Made by a program: the position numbers and the translations under genes
Source of the DNA: an uncultured Chloroflexia bacterium
Lineage (GTDB): Bacteria; Chloroflexota; Limnocylindria; Limnocylindrales; CSP1-4
NCBI GenBank assembly: GCA_963746845.1
Contig: CAVVCZ010000002.1
Span: forward strand, 192,001 to 256,000
DNA: 64,000 bases
Reading direction: 5' to 3'
Part shown: positions 46,652-57,157 of the stretch, in pieces
Position numbering within the stretch: the first letter of the stretch is position 1
How the letters are laid out: each line of letters begins with the position of its first letter
Notes under the pieces: generated by a model
The model's database searches: none
Told to the model about the DNA's origin: nothing
The model's input: only the letters and a program-made list of their open reading frames with translations

Positions 46652-47703
46652 CCGAGCCCTGGATCATCCTCCAGGAGGAGACCCGCCGGCGGTTCGGCGG
46701 CGATCTGCGCCGGGCGAGCATCCTGCGGCCGCTCGCCGAGCGGACCGGGGCGACCACCGCCGGCTGGGCGAAGGCCACCGTGGACGACGCGCTCGACCGC
46801 GCCGGTCGCGGGCCCATGTGGCGACGACGGCCGCCGCCGCGGCTCGGGTCCGTCGAGGCCCTCGACATCGACACGCTCCGCGAGGTCGTGCGCCGGGCCC
46901 GGCCGACCGTCCTCGACGTCCATGACGACCCGGTCGCCCAGCTCGCCGCGCTCGGGGTCGACCCGGGCGAGACGCGTCGGCGCGAGCTCGTCGAGCGGGC
47001 CGCTCGGAACCGGGACGCCTTCGAGTGGCTGCTCGCGCCGACGCCCGCGTTCGCCGACCTGGCCGGGCTCCCGCGCGAGCGGACGATCATGGCCCCGAAC
47101 GGCACCGACACGGCGACGATCACCCCGCGCCCGTTCCCGGATCGCCCGGCGATCGGGTTCGCGTCCGGGGCGGCTGCGGGCCGCGGGATCGAGCTCCTCG
47201 TCGAGGCGGCCCGGATCGTCCGCGAGCGTGAGCCGGACCTGCGGCTGCTGCTCTGGCTCGTTGCCACGGGTCGGGACAGCCAGGCCTATCTCGACGGGCT
47301 CGTGGCGTCGCTCGCGGGCGAGCCGTGGATCGAGATCGGGTCGGCGCCGTACGACCGGATGGCCGACGAGCTGGGCCGCGCGACCGCGATCGTCATCCCG
47401 CATCCGCCGGGGGCGTACCTCGACTCGGCGCTGCCGATCAAGCTCCTCGACGCGATGGCCGCCGGGCGACCGGTGGTCGTCACGCCGCGCCGGCAGACCG
47501 TCCTCGTCGTGGAGGAGGCCGCGTGCGGGATCGTCACCGGCGACCGGGCCGACGACCTGGCGACCGCCATCGCCGGGCTGCTGGACGATCCGGCGCGGGC
47601 GGCCGATCTCGGCGCGAGCGGGCGTCGCATCGCCGAGGCCGTGTACGACTGGCGGGTCATCGGCGCGGCCGTGGCGGACACGATCCTCCGGTCGACCGGG
47701 TGA
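46648..47703 (+). CDS. GT4 glycosyltransferase
   Basis: PNGTD and PIKLLDAMAAGRPVV. Confidence 0.85.
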   Translation: MTEPWIILQEETRRRFGGDLRRASILRPLAERTGATTAGWAKATVDDALDRAGRGPMWRRRPPPRLGSVEALDIDTLREVVRRARPTVLDVHDDPVAQLAALGVDPGETRRRELVERAARNRDAFEWLLAPTPAFADLAGLPRERTIMAPNGTDTATITPRPFPDRPAIGFASGAAAGRGIELLVEAARIVREREPDLRLLLWLVATGRDSQAYLDGLVASLAGEPWIEIGSAPYDRMADELGRATAIVIPHPPGAYLDSALPIKLLDAMAAGRPVVVTPRRQTVLVVEEAACGIVTGDRADDLATAIAGLLDDPARAADLGASGRRIAEAVYDWRVIGAAVADTILRSTG

Positions 47704-49637
47704 GCGGTCCGACGGCCTGGCGGCTGGTCGACCGCCCGCCGGTCGCGGCGGATGCGGTCGAGATCGACACGGATGTCGGTGATGACGACGCCCGTGCCGC
47801 GAGGGTCGTGGTCCTCGACGCGGCGTGGACACCGGGGCCGGACGCCGGACCGCTCGCCGACGCCATCGCCATCCGGCCGCTCGCCCGGCTGGCGTTGTCC
47901 CGGCACGATCCGCACGGGGAGGCCCTCGAGCTCGCCGACCGGCTCGACGCGCAGGCGGGTCTCGACGCGGCGCTGAACGCCGGCGATGTCTCCCTCTGGC
48001 CACGGCGACGGCTCGTCGCCTGGCGACGGCTCCACGACCTGATCCTGTGGCGGGAGATCATCGCGGAGCTGGGGATCCGCCCGGGGGAGACCGTGACCGG
48101 TGACCCGCCCGACGCGCTCCGCGACCTGCTCGCCGTGATGGGTGGCGATGCGAACCTTCGGGAAGCCGCCGCCGCATCGACGGTCCGGTTCTCGACGAAG
48201 GCGCCGCCGTCGCTCGCCCGTCGCGTGGTCCGACGCGGTCGCGCGCTCGTGCGTCCGCGCGCGCCGGCCGCACCCGTCGCTGTGCCGCCCTTCGCCGAAG
48301 ATCAGGGGCGCCTCGAGGGGTGGTTCGCGGGCGGCCGGCGGCCGCTCCTCGTCCTGACCGATCCGGCCGTCCACCAGGTGATCGACACCGTCGACGGTCC
48401 GAGGCGTCTCGATCCGTTCCTCGGCCCGATCGTCGAACGGCTGCGCGGGACGAGGCTCGATCCCGTCACCATCGATCTCTCGAGCGCGGCCGGCGATGCC
48501 TTCCGCACCGTCCCTCTCCGCGCGATCACCTCCGTGCCGGACGATCCGACGGACCGAGCGGCCGCGGACCGGGCCGCGACCGCGGCACGGACCCGGCTCG
48601 CGGGGGCCTCGGCATCGATCGACCTCGACGGGATCGACGTCGGCCCGTTCCTCGTCGAGGCCGAGCGGGCCTTCGCCGCCGACGGCCTGGGACCGTGGAT
48701 GCTCGCCCGGGCGCGGATCGAGCGGTTCCTCGCGGATCGGCGGCCGGCGGGGATCCTCCTCGTCAACGAGTACGGCCGGCCGGAGTGGCTGTCCGCCGCC
48801 CGCCGGCACGGGATCCCGGTCGCGGCGGTGCAGCATGGGGTCATCCACCGCGCTCACCCGGGCTACGTCCTGCCGCGGAGAACGGCCGGCCTCGTCCTGG
48901 CCGACCGGACCTACGTGTTCGGCCCGTTCGAGCGGCAGCAGCTGACGAGCGGCGTGTACCGCGACGACGAGGTCCGGATCGGTGGCTCGCCCCGGCTGGA
49001 CCTGCTCGCCCGGAGCGAGGCCGCGCGCGCGGCGTCCGGGGGCGACGCGGGCGACGACGCGCGCGATCGTGCTGCGCTGCGGGCGCGGCTCGACGCCCGG
49101 CCCGGAGAGCGACTCGTCGTCTTCTCCTCGACGAACAACGCCGACATCCGCCGGCTCGTCGTGGCGCCCGCCCTCGAGGCGATCCTCGACCAACCGTTGC
49201 CGGGCGTCCGGCTCGTCGTGAAGCTCCACCCGGCGGAAGCGCCACATGACGAGTACGAGCGTCTCGCCGCCGGCCTGGCGGCGGCCGGCCACTTCGAGCC
49301 GCCGCCTGTCAGCGTCATCCGCGACGTGGACCTGTACACGCTGCTCCGCGCCGCGGACGCCCATCTCGGGATCTACTCCACGGTCCTGTCCGACGCGGTC
49401 GTGGCGGGCGTCCGGAACCTCGTCGTCGTCGGTCTCCCGGGCGGCGACCTCCTCGACTACGTCGAGCGCGGGGTCGCCCGGCCGGTCCGCGACGGGAGCG
49501 ACGTGCTCGCGGCGCTGGATGCGCCGCCACCCGCACCGGACGACGCCGCCCGCGCGGCGTTCGTCGCGGATCACTTCCTGTCCGGCGATGCGGGCGCGCG
49601 GATCGCGGCGGACCTCGCCGCGTGGCTGGGCGGGTGA
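47700..49637 (+). CDS. GT-B fold protein, candidate CMP-nonulosonate (pseudaminyl) transferase
   Basis: VQHGVIH, GSPRLD, VKLHPAE and YSTVLSDA resemble sialyl/KDO/CDP-polyol transferase HP and ST motifs. Confidence 0.6.
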   Translation: MSGPTAWRLVDRPPVAADAVEIDTDVGDDDARAARVVVLDAAWTPGPDAGPLADAIAIRPLARLALSRHDPHGEALELADRLDAQAGLDAALNAGDVSLWPRRRLVAWRRLHDLILWREIIAELGIRPGETVTGDPPDALRDLLAVMGGDANLREAAAASTVRFSTKAPPSLARRVVRRGRALVRPRAPAAPVAVPPFAEDQGRLEGWFAGGRRPLLVLTDPAVHQVIDTVDGPRRLDPFLGPIVERLRGTRLDPVTIDLSSAAGDAFRTVPLRAITSVPDDPTDRAAADRAATAARTRLAGASASIDLDGIDVGPFLVEAERAFAADGLGPWMLARARIERFLADRRPAGILLVNEYGRPEWLSAARRHGIPVAAVQHGVIHRAHPGYVLPRRTAGLVLADRTYVFGPFERQQLTSGVYRDDEVRIGGSPRLDLLARSEAARAASGGDAGDDARDRAALRARLDARPGERLVVFSSTNNADIRRLVVAPALEAILDQPLPGVRLVVKLHPAEAPHDEYERLAAGLAAAGHFEPPPVSVIRDVDLYTLLRAADAHLGIYSTVLSDAVVAGVRNLVVVGLPGGDLLDYVERGVARPVRDGSDVLAALDAPPPAPDDAARAAFVADHFLSGDAGARIAADLAAWLGG

Positions 49638-49681
49638 CCCCGACCGATCGTGGGGCCCTGCACGGCCGGTACGATGAAGCG

Positions 49682-51001
49682 GTGCCGCCCACCCCCGGCC
49701 CGGCCCGCCGCCGGCCCGTCGCGATGCTCACCCACAGCTACTACGAGGAGGACCCGCGCGTCCGGCGCGAGGCCGAGGCCCTCGTCGCGGCCGGGCGACC
49801 GGTCGTCGTCTACGGGCTTCGCCGGCCGGGAGACCCGCGGATCGGGGAGCTCGACGGTGTCGAGATCCACCGGATCGACGTCCAGCGTCACCAGGGCGCC
49901 GGCGTCGTGACCTACGTGCGCGAGTACCTCGCGTTCCTCGCTCGCGCCGGGGCGGCACTGACGGGCGACCATCGGCGCCGGCGCTTCGCGCTCGTCCAGG
50001 TCCACACGATGCCGGACTTCCTCGCGTTCGCCGGGCTGCCCCTCCGGATCGCCGGCGTGCCGCTCCTGCTCGATCTCCACGAGGCGATGCCCGAGTTCTT
50101 CCCGATTCGGTTTCCACGCGCCGCGAGCCCGGCGGCGCGGCGCCTGCTCCGCTGGCAGGAGCGGCTGTCGATCCTGGCCGCGACGCATGCCATCACCGTC
50201 AACGACGTCCTGCGCGATCGTCTCGTCGCGATCGGCGTCCCGCCGCGCAAGGTCACCGTCGTCCCGAACCATCCGTCGGTCCGTCGGTTCGACCCGGCGA
50301 CGACGGCCGCGCGGGCCTTCCTCGGAGACGGCGTCCTCCGACTCGTCTACGCCGGCGCCCTGACGCCGGTGTATGAGCTCGACGTCGCCGTCGACGCGGT
50401 CGCCCGGCTCCGGACGCTCCGGCCGGAGCTTCCGGTCCACTTCGACGTCTATGGCCGCGGCGACAGCGAGGAGGCGCTCCGGTCGCGGGTGACGTCCCAC
50501 GCCATCGAGGACGCCGTGACGTTCCACGGCCGGATCCCGTTCGAGGACGTCCCGGCCGCGATCGCGGCCGCGGACATCGGGCTCGCGCCGACCCACCTCG
50601 ACAGCTACACCCGGTTCAGCCTCTCCACGAAGATCTTCGAATACGGGGCGATGGCCCGGCCGGTCGTCGCGACGCGGCTCCCGCTCGTCGAGCGGACGTT
50701 CGGGGCCGACGCCGTCACAACCTACGCCCCCGGCGACGCGGACGATCTCGCCCGAGCGATCCTCGGTCTCGTCGACGACCCGGCGCGGCGGGAGCGACGC
50801 GTGGCGGCCACGTCACGGCTCGTCGCCGACCTGGCCTGGGAGCGAACGGCCCGCGACTACCTGGCGCTCGTCGAACGGCTCGCGGAACGCGCACGCGGCG
50901 GCGCCGGCGACGAGACGGCCTCGGTCGACGGGCTATCCTCAGGACCCGGGCCATCTGCCGAGCCCGACGGCCCACCCGGGGAACCGCAGGAGGACGCGTG
51001 A
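49682..51001 (+). CDS. GT4 glycosyltransferase
   Basis: DPRVRREAEAL, HTMPD, DLHE and STKIFEYGAMARPVV; leaderless TACGAT + GTG. Confidence 0.87.
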   Translation: MPPTPGPARRRPVAMLTHSYYEEDPRVRREAEALVAAGRPVVVYGLRRPGDPRIGELDGVEIHRIDVQRHQGAGVVTYVREYLAFLARAGAALTGDHRRRRFALVQVHTMPDFLAFAGLPLRIAGVPLLLDLHEAMPEFFPIRFPRAASPAARRLLRWQERLSILAATHAITVNDVLRDRLVAIGVPPRKVTVVPNHPSVRRFDPATTAARAFLGDGVLRLVYAGALTPVYELDVAVDAVARLRTLRPELPVHFDVYGRGDSEEALRSRVTSHAIEDAVTFHGRIPFEDVPAAIAAADIGLAPTHLDSYTRFSLSTKIFEYGAMARPVVATRLPLVERTFGADAVTTYAPGDADDLARAILGLVDDPARRERRVAATSRLVADLAWERTARDYLALVERLAERARGGAGDETASVDGLSSGPGPSAEPDGPPGEPQEDA

Positions 51002-52383
51002 CGACCGATCGGACGATGGCGATCATCGGCCTGGGCTATGTCGGCCTGCCCCTCGCGATCAGCTTCGTCGAGGCCGGTCTCGCAGTCACCGGCGTCGACG
51101 CCAGCACGACCCGCGTCGCGGAGCTCGCCGCGGGCCGGTCCCCGATCGACGACATCGACGACGCCCGCCTGCGGGCGGCGCTCGACCGAGGGCTGCGGAT
51201 CGTCGGCCCGGACGAGGCGCGTCTCGCCGAGGCGGACGTGATCGTCGTCTGCGTCCCGACGCCGATCGACAAGGCGAAGGTCCCGGATCTGTCGCCCGTG
51301 CTGTCCGCCGCGGAGCTGATCGTGACCGCGCTCCAGGCTGGTCAGCTCGTCATCCTCCAGTCGACGACCTTCCCCGGCACGACGACCGGGCCGTTCCGGG
51401 CGATCCTCGAGGGGACCGGCCTCGTCGCCGGCCGCGACTTCGACCTCGCGTTCGCACCCGAGCGGGTGAACCCCGGCGACCCCGCGTCGGCGTCGAAAGG
51501 CGTCCCGCGACTGGTCGGGGCGACGACGCCGGCGGCCACCGCCCGCGCCGCCGCGCTCCTGCGCCACATCAACGACGACGTCCGCGAGCTGTCGTCGCCC
51601 GACGCGGCCGAGCTCGCGAAGCTCCTCGAGAACGTGTTCCGGAACATCAACATCGCGTTCGTGAACCAGCTCGCGCTCCTGTGCGAGCGGATGGGTCTTG
51701 ACGTCTGGGAGGTCATCGACGCGGCTGCAACCAAGCCGTTCGGGTTCATGAAGTTCACGCCCGGCCCCGGCGTCGGTGGCCACTGCATCCCGGTCGACCC
51801 GTACTACCTCGCCTGGCGGGCGCGCGAGTTCGACTTCGTCGACCGGTTCGTCGAGCTTGCCGGCGACATCAACTTCGCGATGCCGCGCCACGTCGTGGAG
51901 CTCGTGGCCGAGGCGCTCAACGAGCACGGCCGGGCGATCCGCGGCACGCGGGTCGGCATCCTCGGCGTCGCCTTCAAGCCGAACGTCCGGGACGCCCGGA
52001 ACTCGCCGGCGGCGGACGTCATCGCCCTGCTCGCGGAGCGTGGCGCGGAGGTCGTGTTCCACGATCCGCACGTGCCGAAGTTCCGCACCTCCGACGGCGT
52101 CGAGCGGTCGTCGGTCGGGCTCGACGAGGTCCTCGGCGGCTCCGACGTCGTCGTCGTCCTCGCCGCCCACCGGGCGATCGACTGGGATCGGGTCTATGCC
52201 GAGGCGCCGCTGATCGTCGACACGGTCAACAGCTCCGCCGGCCGGTCGGTGCGGCCGCGGGGCGTCCTTCGGCTCGGTGCCGGGTGGGGGGCCGCGACGA
52301 GCGCGACGCCGGCCGACGCACGAACGAACGACGCGCGCGCATCGACGACGGCCGGGATCGCGGCGGCCGCTCCGCGCCGATGA
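50998..52383 (+). CDS. UDP-GlcNAc 6-dehydrogenase-like nucleotide-sugar dehydrogenase (WbpA family)
   Basis: GLGYVGLP, CVPTP, PERVNPG, KLLEN and GVGGHCIPVDP. Confidence 0.92.
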   Translation: MTTDRTMAIIGLGYVGLPLAISFVEAGLAVTGVDASTTRVAELAAGRSPIDDIDDARLRAALDRGLRIVGPDEARLAEADVIVVCVPTPIDKAKVPDLSPVLSAAELIVTALQAGQLVILQSTTFPGTTTGPFRAILEGTGLVAGRDFDLAFAPERVNPGDPASASKGVPRLVGATTPAATARAAALLRHINDDVRELSSPDAAELAKLLENVFRNINIAFVNQLALLCERMGLDVWEVIDAAATKPFGFMKFTPGPGVGGHCIPVDPYYLAWRAREFDFVDRFVELAGDINFAMPRHVVELVAEALNEHGRAIRGTRVGILGVAFKPNVRDARNSPAADVIALLAERGAEVVFHDPHVPKFRTSDGVERSSVGLDEVLGGSDVVVVLAAHRAIDWDRVYAEAPLIVDTVNSSAGRSVRPRGVLRLGAGWGAATSATPADARTNDARASTTAGIAAAAPRR

Positions 52384-53123
52384 CGGCGCCCCCGTCGCGG
52401 ACCGTCGCGATCATCCAGGCGCGGGTCGGCAGCAGCCGGCTGCCCGGCAAGGTGCTCCTGCCGATCCTCGGCCGGCCGATGCTCAGCCGGGTCGTGGAAC
52501 GGACCGCGCGGGCTTCGTCCGTCGACGAGGTGGTGGTCGCGACGACCGAGCGGCCGGAGGACGATGCGATCGCCGAGCTCGCCTCGAGCGAGGGCTGGTC
52601 CCTCAGCCGGGGCAGTGAATCCGACCTGCTCGACCGGTACATCGTTGCGGCCAGGGCCCACGAGGCGTCCGTGATCGTCCGGATCACGTCCGACTGTCCC
52701 CTGATCGATCCGTCCCTCGTCGACGAGGCCGTCGCGGCCCGGGTCGCGGCCGACGCCGACTACGCCAGCAACGCCCTCGAGCCCCGCACGTACCCGCGCG
52801 GGCTCGACGTCGAGGTGATGACCCGCGCGGCGCTCGAGACGGCGTGGCGCGAGGACACCGACCCGGCCCGGCGCGAGCACGCAACGCCCTACCTGTATCG
52901 GCATCCCGAGCGGTTCTCGCTGATCCGCGTCCCGTCCGACCTCGATCGGTCGGACGATCGCTGGTGCGTCGACACGGCGGAGGACTTCCAGCTCGTCTCG
53001 AAGCTCTACGAGGCGCTCGGCCGGGACGACTTCGGCTGGCGCGATGCCCTCGCCGTCGTGGACGCCCATCCGGGCTGGTCGGACCTCAACCGCCACGTCG
53101 TCCAGAAGGCCGTCCCGACATGA
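52380..53123 (+). CDS. SpsF/PseF-like cytidylyltransferase
   Basis: QARVGSSRLPGKVL, RGSESDLLDRY, RITSDCP and REHATPY. Confidence 0.88.
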   Translation: MTAPPSRTVAIIQARVGSSRLPGKVLLPILGRPMLSRVVERTARASSVDEVVVATTERPEDDAIAELASSEGWSLSRGSESDLLDRYIVAARAHEASVIVRITSDCPLIDPSLVDEAVAARVAADADYASNALEPRTYPRGLDVEVMTRAALETAWREDTDPARREHATPYLYRHPERFSLIRVPSDLDRSDDRWCVDTAEDFQLVSKLYEALGRDDFGWRDALAVVDAHPGWSDLNRHVVQKAVPT

Positions 53124-54226
53124 GCGACGCCCGGGCCCCGGAACTCGTCCTCCGCGGGGACGCCGATGCCCGGAACGGGATCGGGCACGCGATGCGGCTG
53201 CTCGCGCTCGGCGAGGCCTGGGTCGAGCGTGGCTGGACCGCGACCTGGCTGGTCGCCGATGCGCCTGTGTCCCTGCGCGATCGCGCCGGAGCCGCGGGGA
53301 TCGAGATCGTCGGGATCGACGACCGCCCCGGCTCCGCGGCGGATGCGGACGCGGTCGTGGCGTTCGTCGGGCGCTCGAACCGGGCCGTCGTGGTCGACGG
53401 GCCGGCCTTCGATGCCGCCTGGCTCGACCGCCTCGCCCCGATCGCGGATCGGACGGCCGCGGTGGATGACCGGGCGGCCTTCGACCGCTACCCGGTCCGG
53501 ATCGTGCTGAACCAGAACGCCCACGCCGACCGGCGCTCGTACCCGGCCGACCGTCCGACCCAGTACCTGCTCGGCCTTGACTACGCGCTTCTCCGCCGGG
53601 AGTTCCGGGTCGCCGACCCGAGCCCGCGACTCCCGGCCCGGGCCGATCGTCTCCTCGTTGCGTTCGGCGGCGCCGATCCGGCCGCGATGACGGGTCGGGC
53701 GATCCGGTCGCTCCGATCGTCCGACGCGTCCGCCGATGCGGAGCCCAGCGTGACCGTCGTCGTCGGACCGGCCAACCCGGCCGCGGGCGAGATCCAGGCC
53801 CTCGCCGCGGAGGCCGCGGGCCGGATCACGGTGGTCGAGTCGCCCGAGCGGATGGTCGACCTGATGGCCGCGACGGACCTCGCGGTGGTGTCCGGTGGGT
53901 CGACGGTCTGGGAGCTCGCGCGGATGGGCGTGCCCGCGATCGTCGTCGAGACGGCCCCACCCGAGGTCGATCTGTGCCGCGGCCTCCGTGCCATCGGCCT
54001 GTTCGATCCGCTCGGGCCGGCGGCGACCCTCGACGACGCGACGCTGGCCGCGGCGATCGCCCGTCGTCGCGCGGACGCCCCGTGGAGGGAGCGGATGTCC
54101 CGCCTCGGGCAGCGCCTGGTGGACGGCCACGGGACGGATCGGGTCATTGCCGCGCTCCTCGCCGCGATCGGGTCTCCGATCGACCCGGACGCCGCGATCG
54201 CGGCCCCGGCGCGGGCCGACGGCTGA
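53120..54226 (+). CDS. PseG/SpsG-like UDP-sugar hydrolase
   Basis: GIGHAMRLLAL, FGGAD and GGSTVWEL..GVP. Confidence 0.85.
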   Translation: MSDARAPELVLRGDADARNGIGHAMRLLALGEAWVERGWTATWLVADAPVSLRDRAGAAGIEIVGIDDRPGSAADADAVVAFVGRSNRAVVVDGPAFDAAWLDRLAPIADRTAAVDDRAAFDRYPVRIVLNQNAHADRRSYPADRPTQYLLGLDYALLRREFRVADPSPRLPARADRLLVAFGGADPAAMTGRAIRSLRSSDASADAEPSVTVVVGPANPAAGEIQALAAEAAGRITVVESPERMVDLMAATDLAVVSGGSTVWELARMGVPAIVVETAPPEVDLCRGLRAIGLFDPLGPAATLDDATLAAAIARRRADAPWRERMSRLGQRLVDGHGTDRVIAALLAAIGSPIDPDAAIAAPARADG

Positions 54227-55170
54227 TGGGCGAGCGCTACCTCGTCACGGGCGGGGCGGGCGTGATCGGTGGCGAGCTGCTCCACCTCCTCGCCGAGCAG
54301 GGGGCGACGGTCCTCTCGGTGGATCGGCTGCCGCTTCCGGACCCGGCGCCGCCCGGGGTGGAGCATCTCCGGGCGGAACTCGCGATCGACGATCTCGCGC
54401 CGGTCATCGCGTTCCGGCCGGACCGGATCCTCCACCTGGCGGCGACATTCGAACGGTCGGTCGAGACGCCCGAGTTCTGGGCCCAGAACTGGTCCGACAA
54501 CGCGATCGCGACGCATCGGCTCATCGAGACGGCCGGCGGGATCCCGGGGCTCGAGGCCTTCGTGTTCGCCTCGAGCTATCTCGTGTACCGGACCGATCTC
54601 TATCTCCGCGAGGAACCGGCCGCCGACGGCGTCGCGCTCGCCGAGAGCGCCGAGCTCCGGCCGCGCAACCTGTGCGGGGCGGCCAAGCTCTACGCCGAGG
54701 CCGAGCTCGACTTCGCCCGGTCCGCGGGGTCGGACCGCTTCCGGACCGTGTCGGCGCGCATCTTCCGGGTCTACGGGCGCCGCTCCCGGGACGTCGTCTC
54801 CCGCTGGATCCGGGCCGCCCTTGCCGGCGACGAGATCGAGGTCTACCAGCCCGAGAACCGCTTCGACTACGTCCATGCCGCCGACGTTGCGGAGGGTCTC
54901 CGCCGGATGGCCGACGATCCGGCCGCCAGCGGCCCGATCAACCTCGCGACCGGCACGAGCCGGTCGGTCGGCGAGATGCTGGCCATCGTCGAGGGGGCCA
55001 CGGGTCGGCGCCTCCGGGCGACCCATCGCCCGTCCGATGACCCCTTCGAGGCCAGCCGGGCGGACACGACCCACCTCCGCGAGACCCTCGGCTGGACGCC
55101 TCCGACCGACCTCGAGACCGGGATCGCGCGGGTCGTCGCGCACGAGATCGGGGCGCGGCCGCGCGACTGA
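54226..55170 (+). CDS. NAD-dependent epimerase/dehydratase
   Basis: VTGGAGVIG, FASSYLVY, CGAAK (atypical YxxxK) and FDYVH. Confidence 0.85.
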   Translation: MGERYLVTGGAGVIGGELLHLLAEQGATVLSVDRLPLPDPAPPGVEHLRAELAIDDLAPVIAFRPDRILHLAATFERSVETPEFWAQNWSDNAIATHRLIETAGGIPGLEAFVFASSYLVYRTDLYLREEPAADGVALAESAELRPRNLCGAAKLYAEAELDFARSAGSDRFRTVSARIFRVYGRRSRDVVSRWIRAALAGDEIEVYQPENRFDYVHAADVAEGLRRMADDPAASGPINLATGTSRSVGEMLAIVEGATGRRLRATHRPSDDPFEASRADTTHLRETLGWTPPTDLETGIARVVAHEIGARPRD

Positions 55171-55201
55171 CGGCCGCTCGGCGCGCGAGGGGCCGCCCGG
55201 A

Positions 55202-55951
55202 TCAGCCGTCGACCACCAGGTACGAGATCAGCGGGTTGAGGGGGCTCCGCCGGATCGCGTATCGCGACAGGCCGACCGTCTCCATGACCGCGAGCGTCTC
55301 GCCCGGGAACTCCGGGCAGTTGAGCTCGTCGAACGCGATGACGCTGCCGCGTGTCACCCGCGGCAGCAGGAGCTCGAGGCACCGCTTCGTCGGCGCGTAC
55401 AAGTCGAAGTCGAAGTAGGCCAGCGCCACCACGGTGTGCGGGTTCTCCTCGAGGAAGCGCTCGAACGTCACGGTCGCGTCGCCCTGGACGAGCTCGAACT
55501 TGCGCTTGGTCGCGATCGGGCTGTCCGCCTCGTGCAGCTCGAGCACCTCGGTGAGGTGGTCGAGGTAGCCGGGCGACACCGCGTAGTCCCCGGCGGCCAC
55601 GCGACCCCCGTCCTTCGCGTCGACCGACGGGAACCCGCCCCACGAGTCGAAGCCGATCACCCGGCGGTTGTAGTTGAACGGCTCGTACATGCCCCGGAAC
55701 GTCGAGAACAGCGCGAGGTTCTGCCCCCAGCGGACGCCGAACTCGGCGACCACCCCGTGGACGGGCAGGATCATCTGGTAGATCTCGTGCATGAACAGGA
55801 TCCGGGACATCGTCTGGCGCCGGACGTAGAGCCCGAGGTTGGACATCAGCTCGGCGGCCGGGATCGGGCTCTCGGCGAGCAGGTCCCGAAGGCGGGCCAT
55901 CCGGCGTTTCTCGTCCTCGGTCGAGCCCTCGACCACCCGGATGTCCTGCAT
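55202..55951 (-). CDS. TylF/MycF-like O-methyltransferase
   Basis: EFGVRWG, GFDSW.GFP, DFDLYAPT and FDELN. Confidence 0.8.
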   Translation of the reverse strand: MQDIRVVEGSTEDEKRRMARLRDLLAESPIPAAELMSNLGLYVRRQTMSRILFMHEIYQMILPVHGVVAEFGVRWGQNLALFSTFRGMYEPFNYNRRVIGFDSWGGFPSVDAKDGGRVAAGDYAVSPGYLDHLTEVLELHEADSPIATKRKFELVQGDATVTFERFLEENPHTVVALAYFDFDLYAPTKRCLELLLPRVTRGSVIAFDELNCPEFPGETLAVMETVGLSRYAIRRSPLNPLISYLVVDG

Positions 55952-56203
55952 GTCGATCTCCCAAGCTGATCCGAGGGTTCAGGCGTCGTCCAGCCGGTCG
56001 CGACGTGTGCCGCCGGTCCGAACATCCGGAGTCTATGGCGCCACGAGTGGCGGGTGCCGTGCGGCTCGTTCATGCGATGTCGCTCGGCGTGCGGGATGGG
56101 CTAGGATCGGTCGGCCGCCCGGGGCAGCGGGGCGAGGTGCCCTGAGGGTGAGAGGAGGACCCGATGGTGACGGTTCGGCACAGCGAACAGACGGTCGGCG
56201 ATC

Positions 56204-57157
56204 GTGCCTGAGGGTGTCGCCTCGGGGTCCACCCTCGACTCGAGGGAACCCTCCGGCCCGCTGGATCACCGGATCATCATCGATGCTGAGTGGGGCTATC
56301 GACGCCTCGCCGAGATTCCGTCGAGCCCCGAGCTCGACCGCTTCTACGAGAGCGGCTACCGCGACCAAATCGATCCCAACGGGCGGGCGCCGGGTCTCGC
56401 CCGGCTGGTCGCGGGCGGCCCGGATGCCGAGCGCGAGCGGCAGTGGCTGGAGGCCACCCTCCACGCCGACGTTCGCCTGGCTCTTGGCGGAGCCCTTGTC
56501 CACGGCGCCCCACAGCGTGTCCTCGACATCGGCGCCGGGACCGGTGCGCTCGTCGCGAGCCTCGTGGACGACGGCTGGGCCGTGGTCGGCATCGAGCCGG
56601 CGATCGAGATCGGTGCGGTCGGACGATCTGCCGGCCTCCCGGTCGAGGCATGCACGGCAACGGAGTACCTCGCGCGCTGGGAGGCGGAGCCCGAGCCATT
56701 CGGGGGCGTCTGCCTGATGAACGTCCTGGAGCACGTCCCCGACCCGATCGGGCTCCTCCGAAGCGCGATCCGCTTCCTCGCACCGGGCGGACGCCTCGTC
56801 ATCCGGGTGCCGAACGACTTCAACCCCCTCCAGCTGGCCGCACAGGCGGCACTCGGGCTCGAGCCGTGGTGGATCGCGGTGCCGGACCACGTGAACTACT
56901 TCGACCATGCCACCATCGTCGCGATCCTCGAACGGCTTGGGCTCGACGTGGTCGAGCGGAGCACGGACTTCCCGATGGAGGTGTTCCTCCTGATGGGCGA
57001 GGACTACACGTCGAGCCCGGAGGTCGGCCGACGGGTGCACGAGCAGCGGCGGCTGCTGGAGTTGCGCATGGACGCGGACACCCGGCGAGCGATCGGTCGC
57101 GCCCATCACGCCGCGGGGATCGGTCGGAACACGTTCGTGGTCGGACAGGTCAGGTGA
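56204..57157 (+). CDS. Class I SAM-dependent methyltransferase
   Basis: VLDIGAGTG, NVLEHVPDP, VPN and PDHVNYF; start uncertain. Confidence 0.85.
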   Translation: MPEGVASGSTLDSREPSGPLDHRIIIDAEWGYRRLAEIPSSPELDRFYESGYRDQIDPNGRAPGLARLVAGGPDAERERQWLEATLHADVRLALGGALVHGAPQRVLDIGAGTGALVASLVDDGWAVVGIEPAIEIGAVGRSAGLPVEACTATEYLARWEAEPEPFGGVCLMNVLEHVPDPIGLLRSAIRFLAPGGRLVIRVPNDFNPLQLAAQAALGLEPWWIAVPDHVNYFDHATIVAILERLGLDVVERSTDFPMEVFLLMGEDYTSSPEVGRRVHEQRRLLELRMDADTRRAIGRAHHAAGIGRNTFVVGQVR

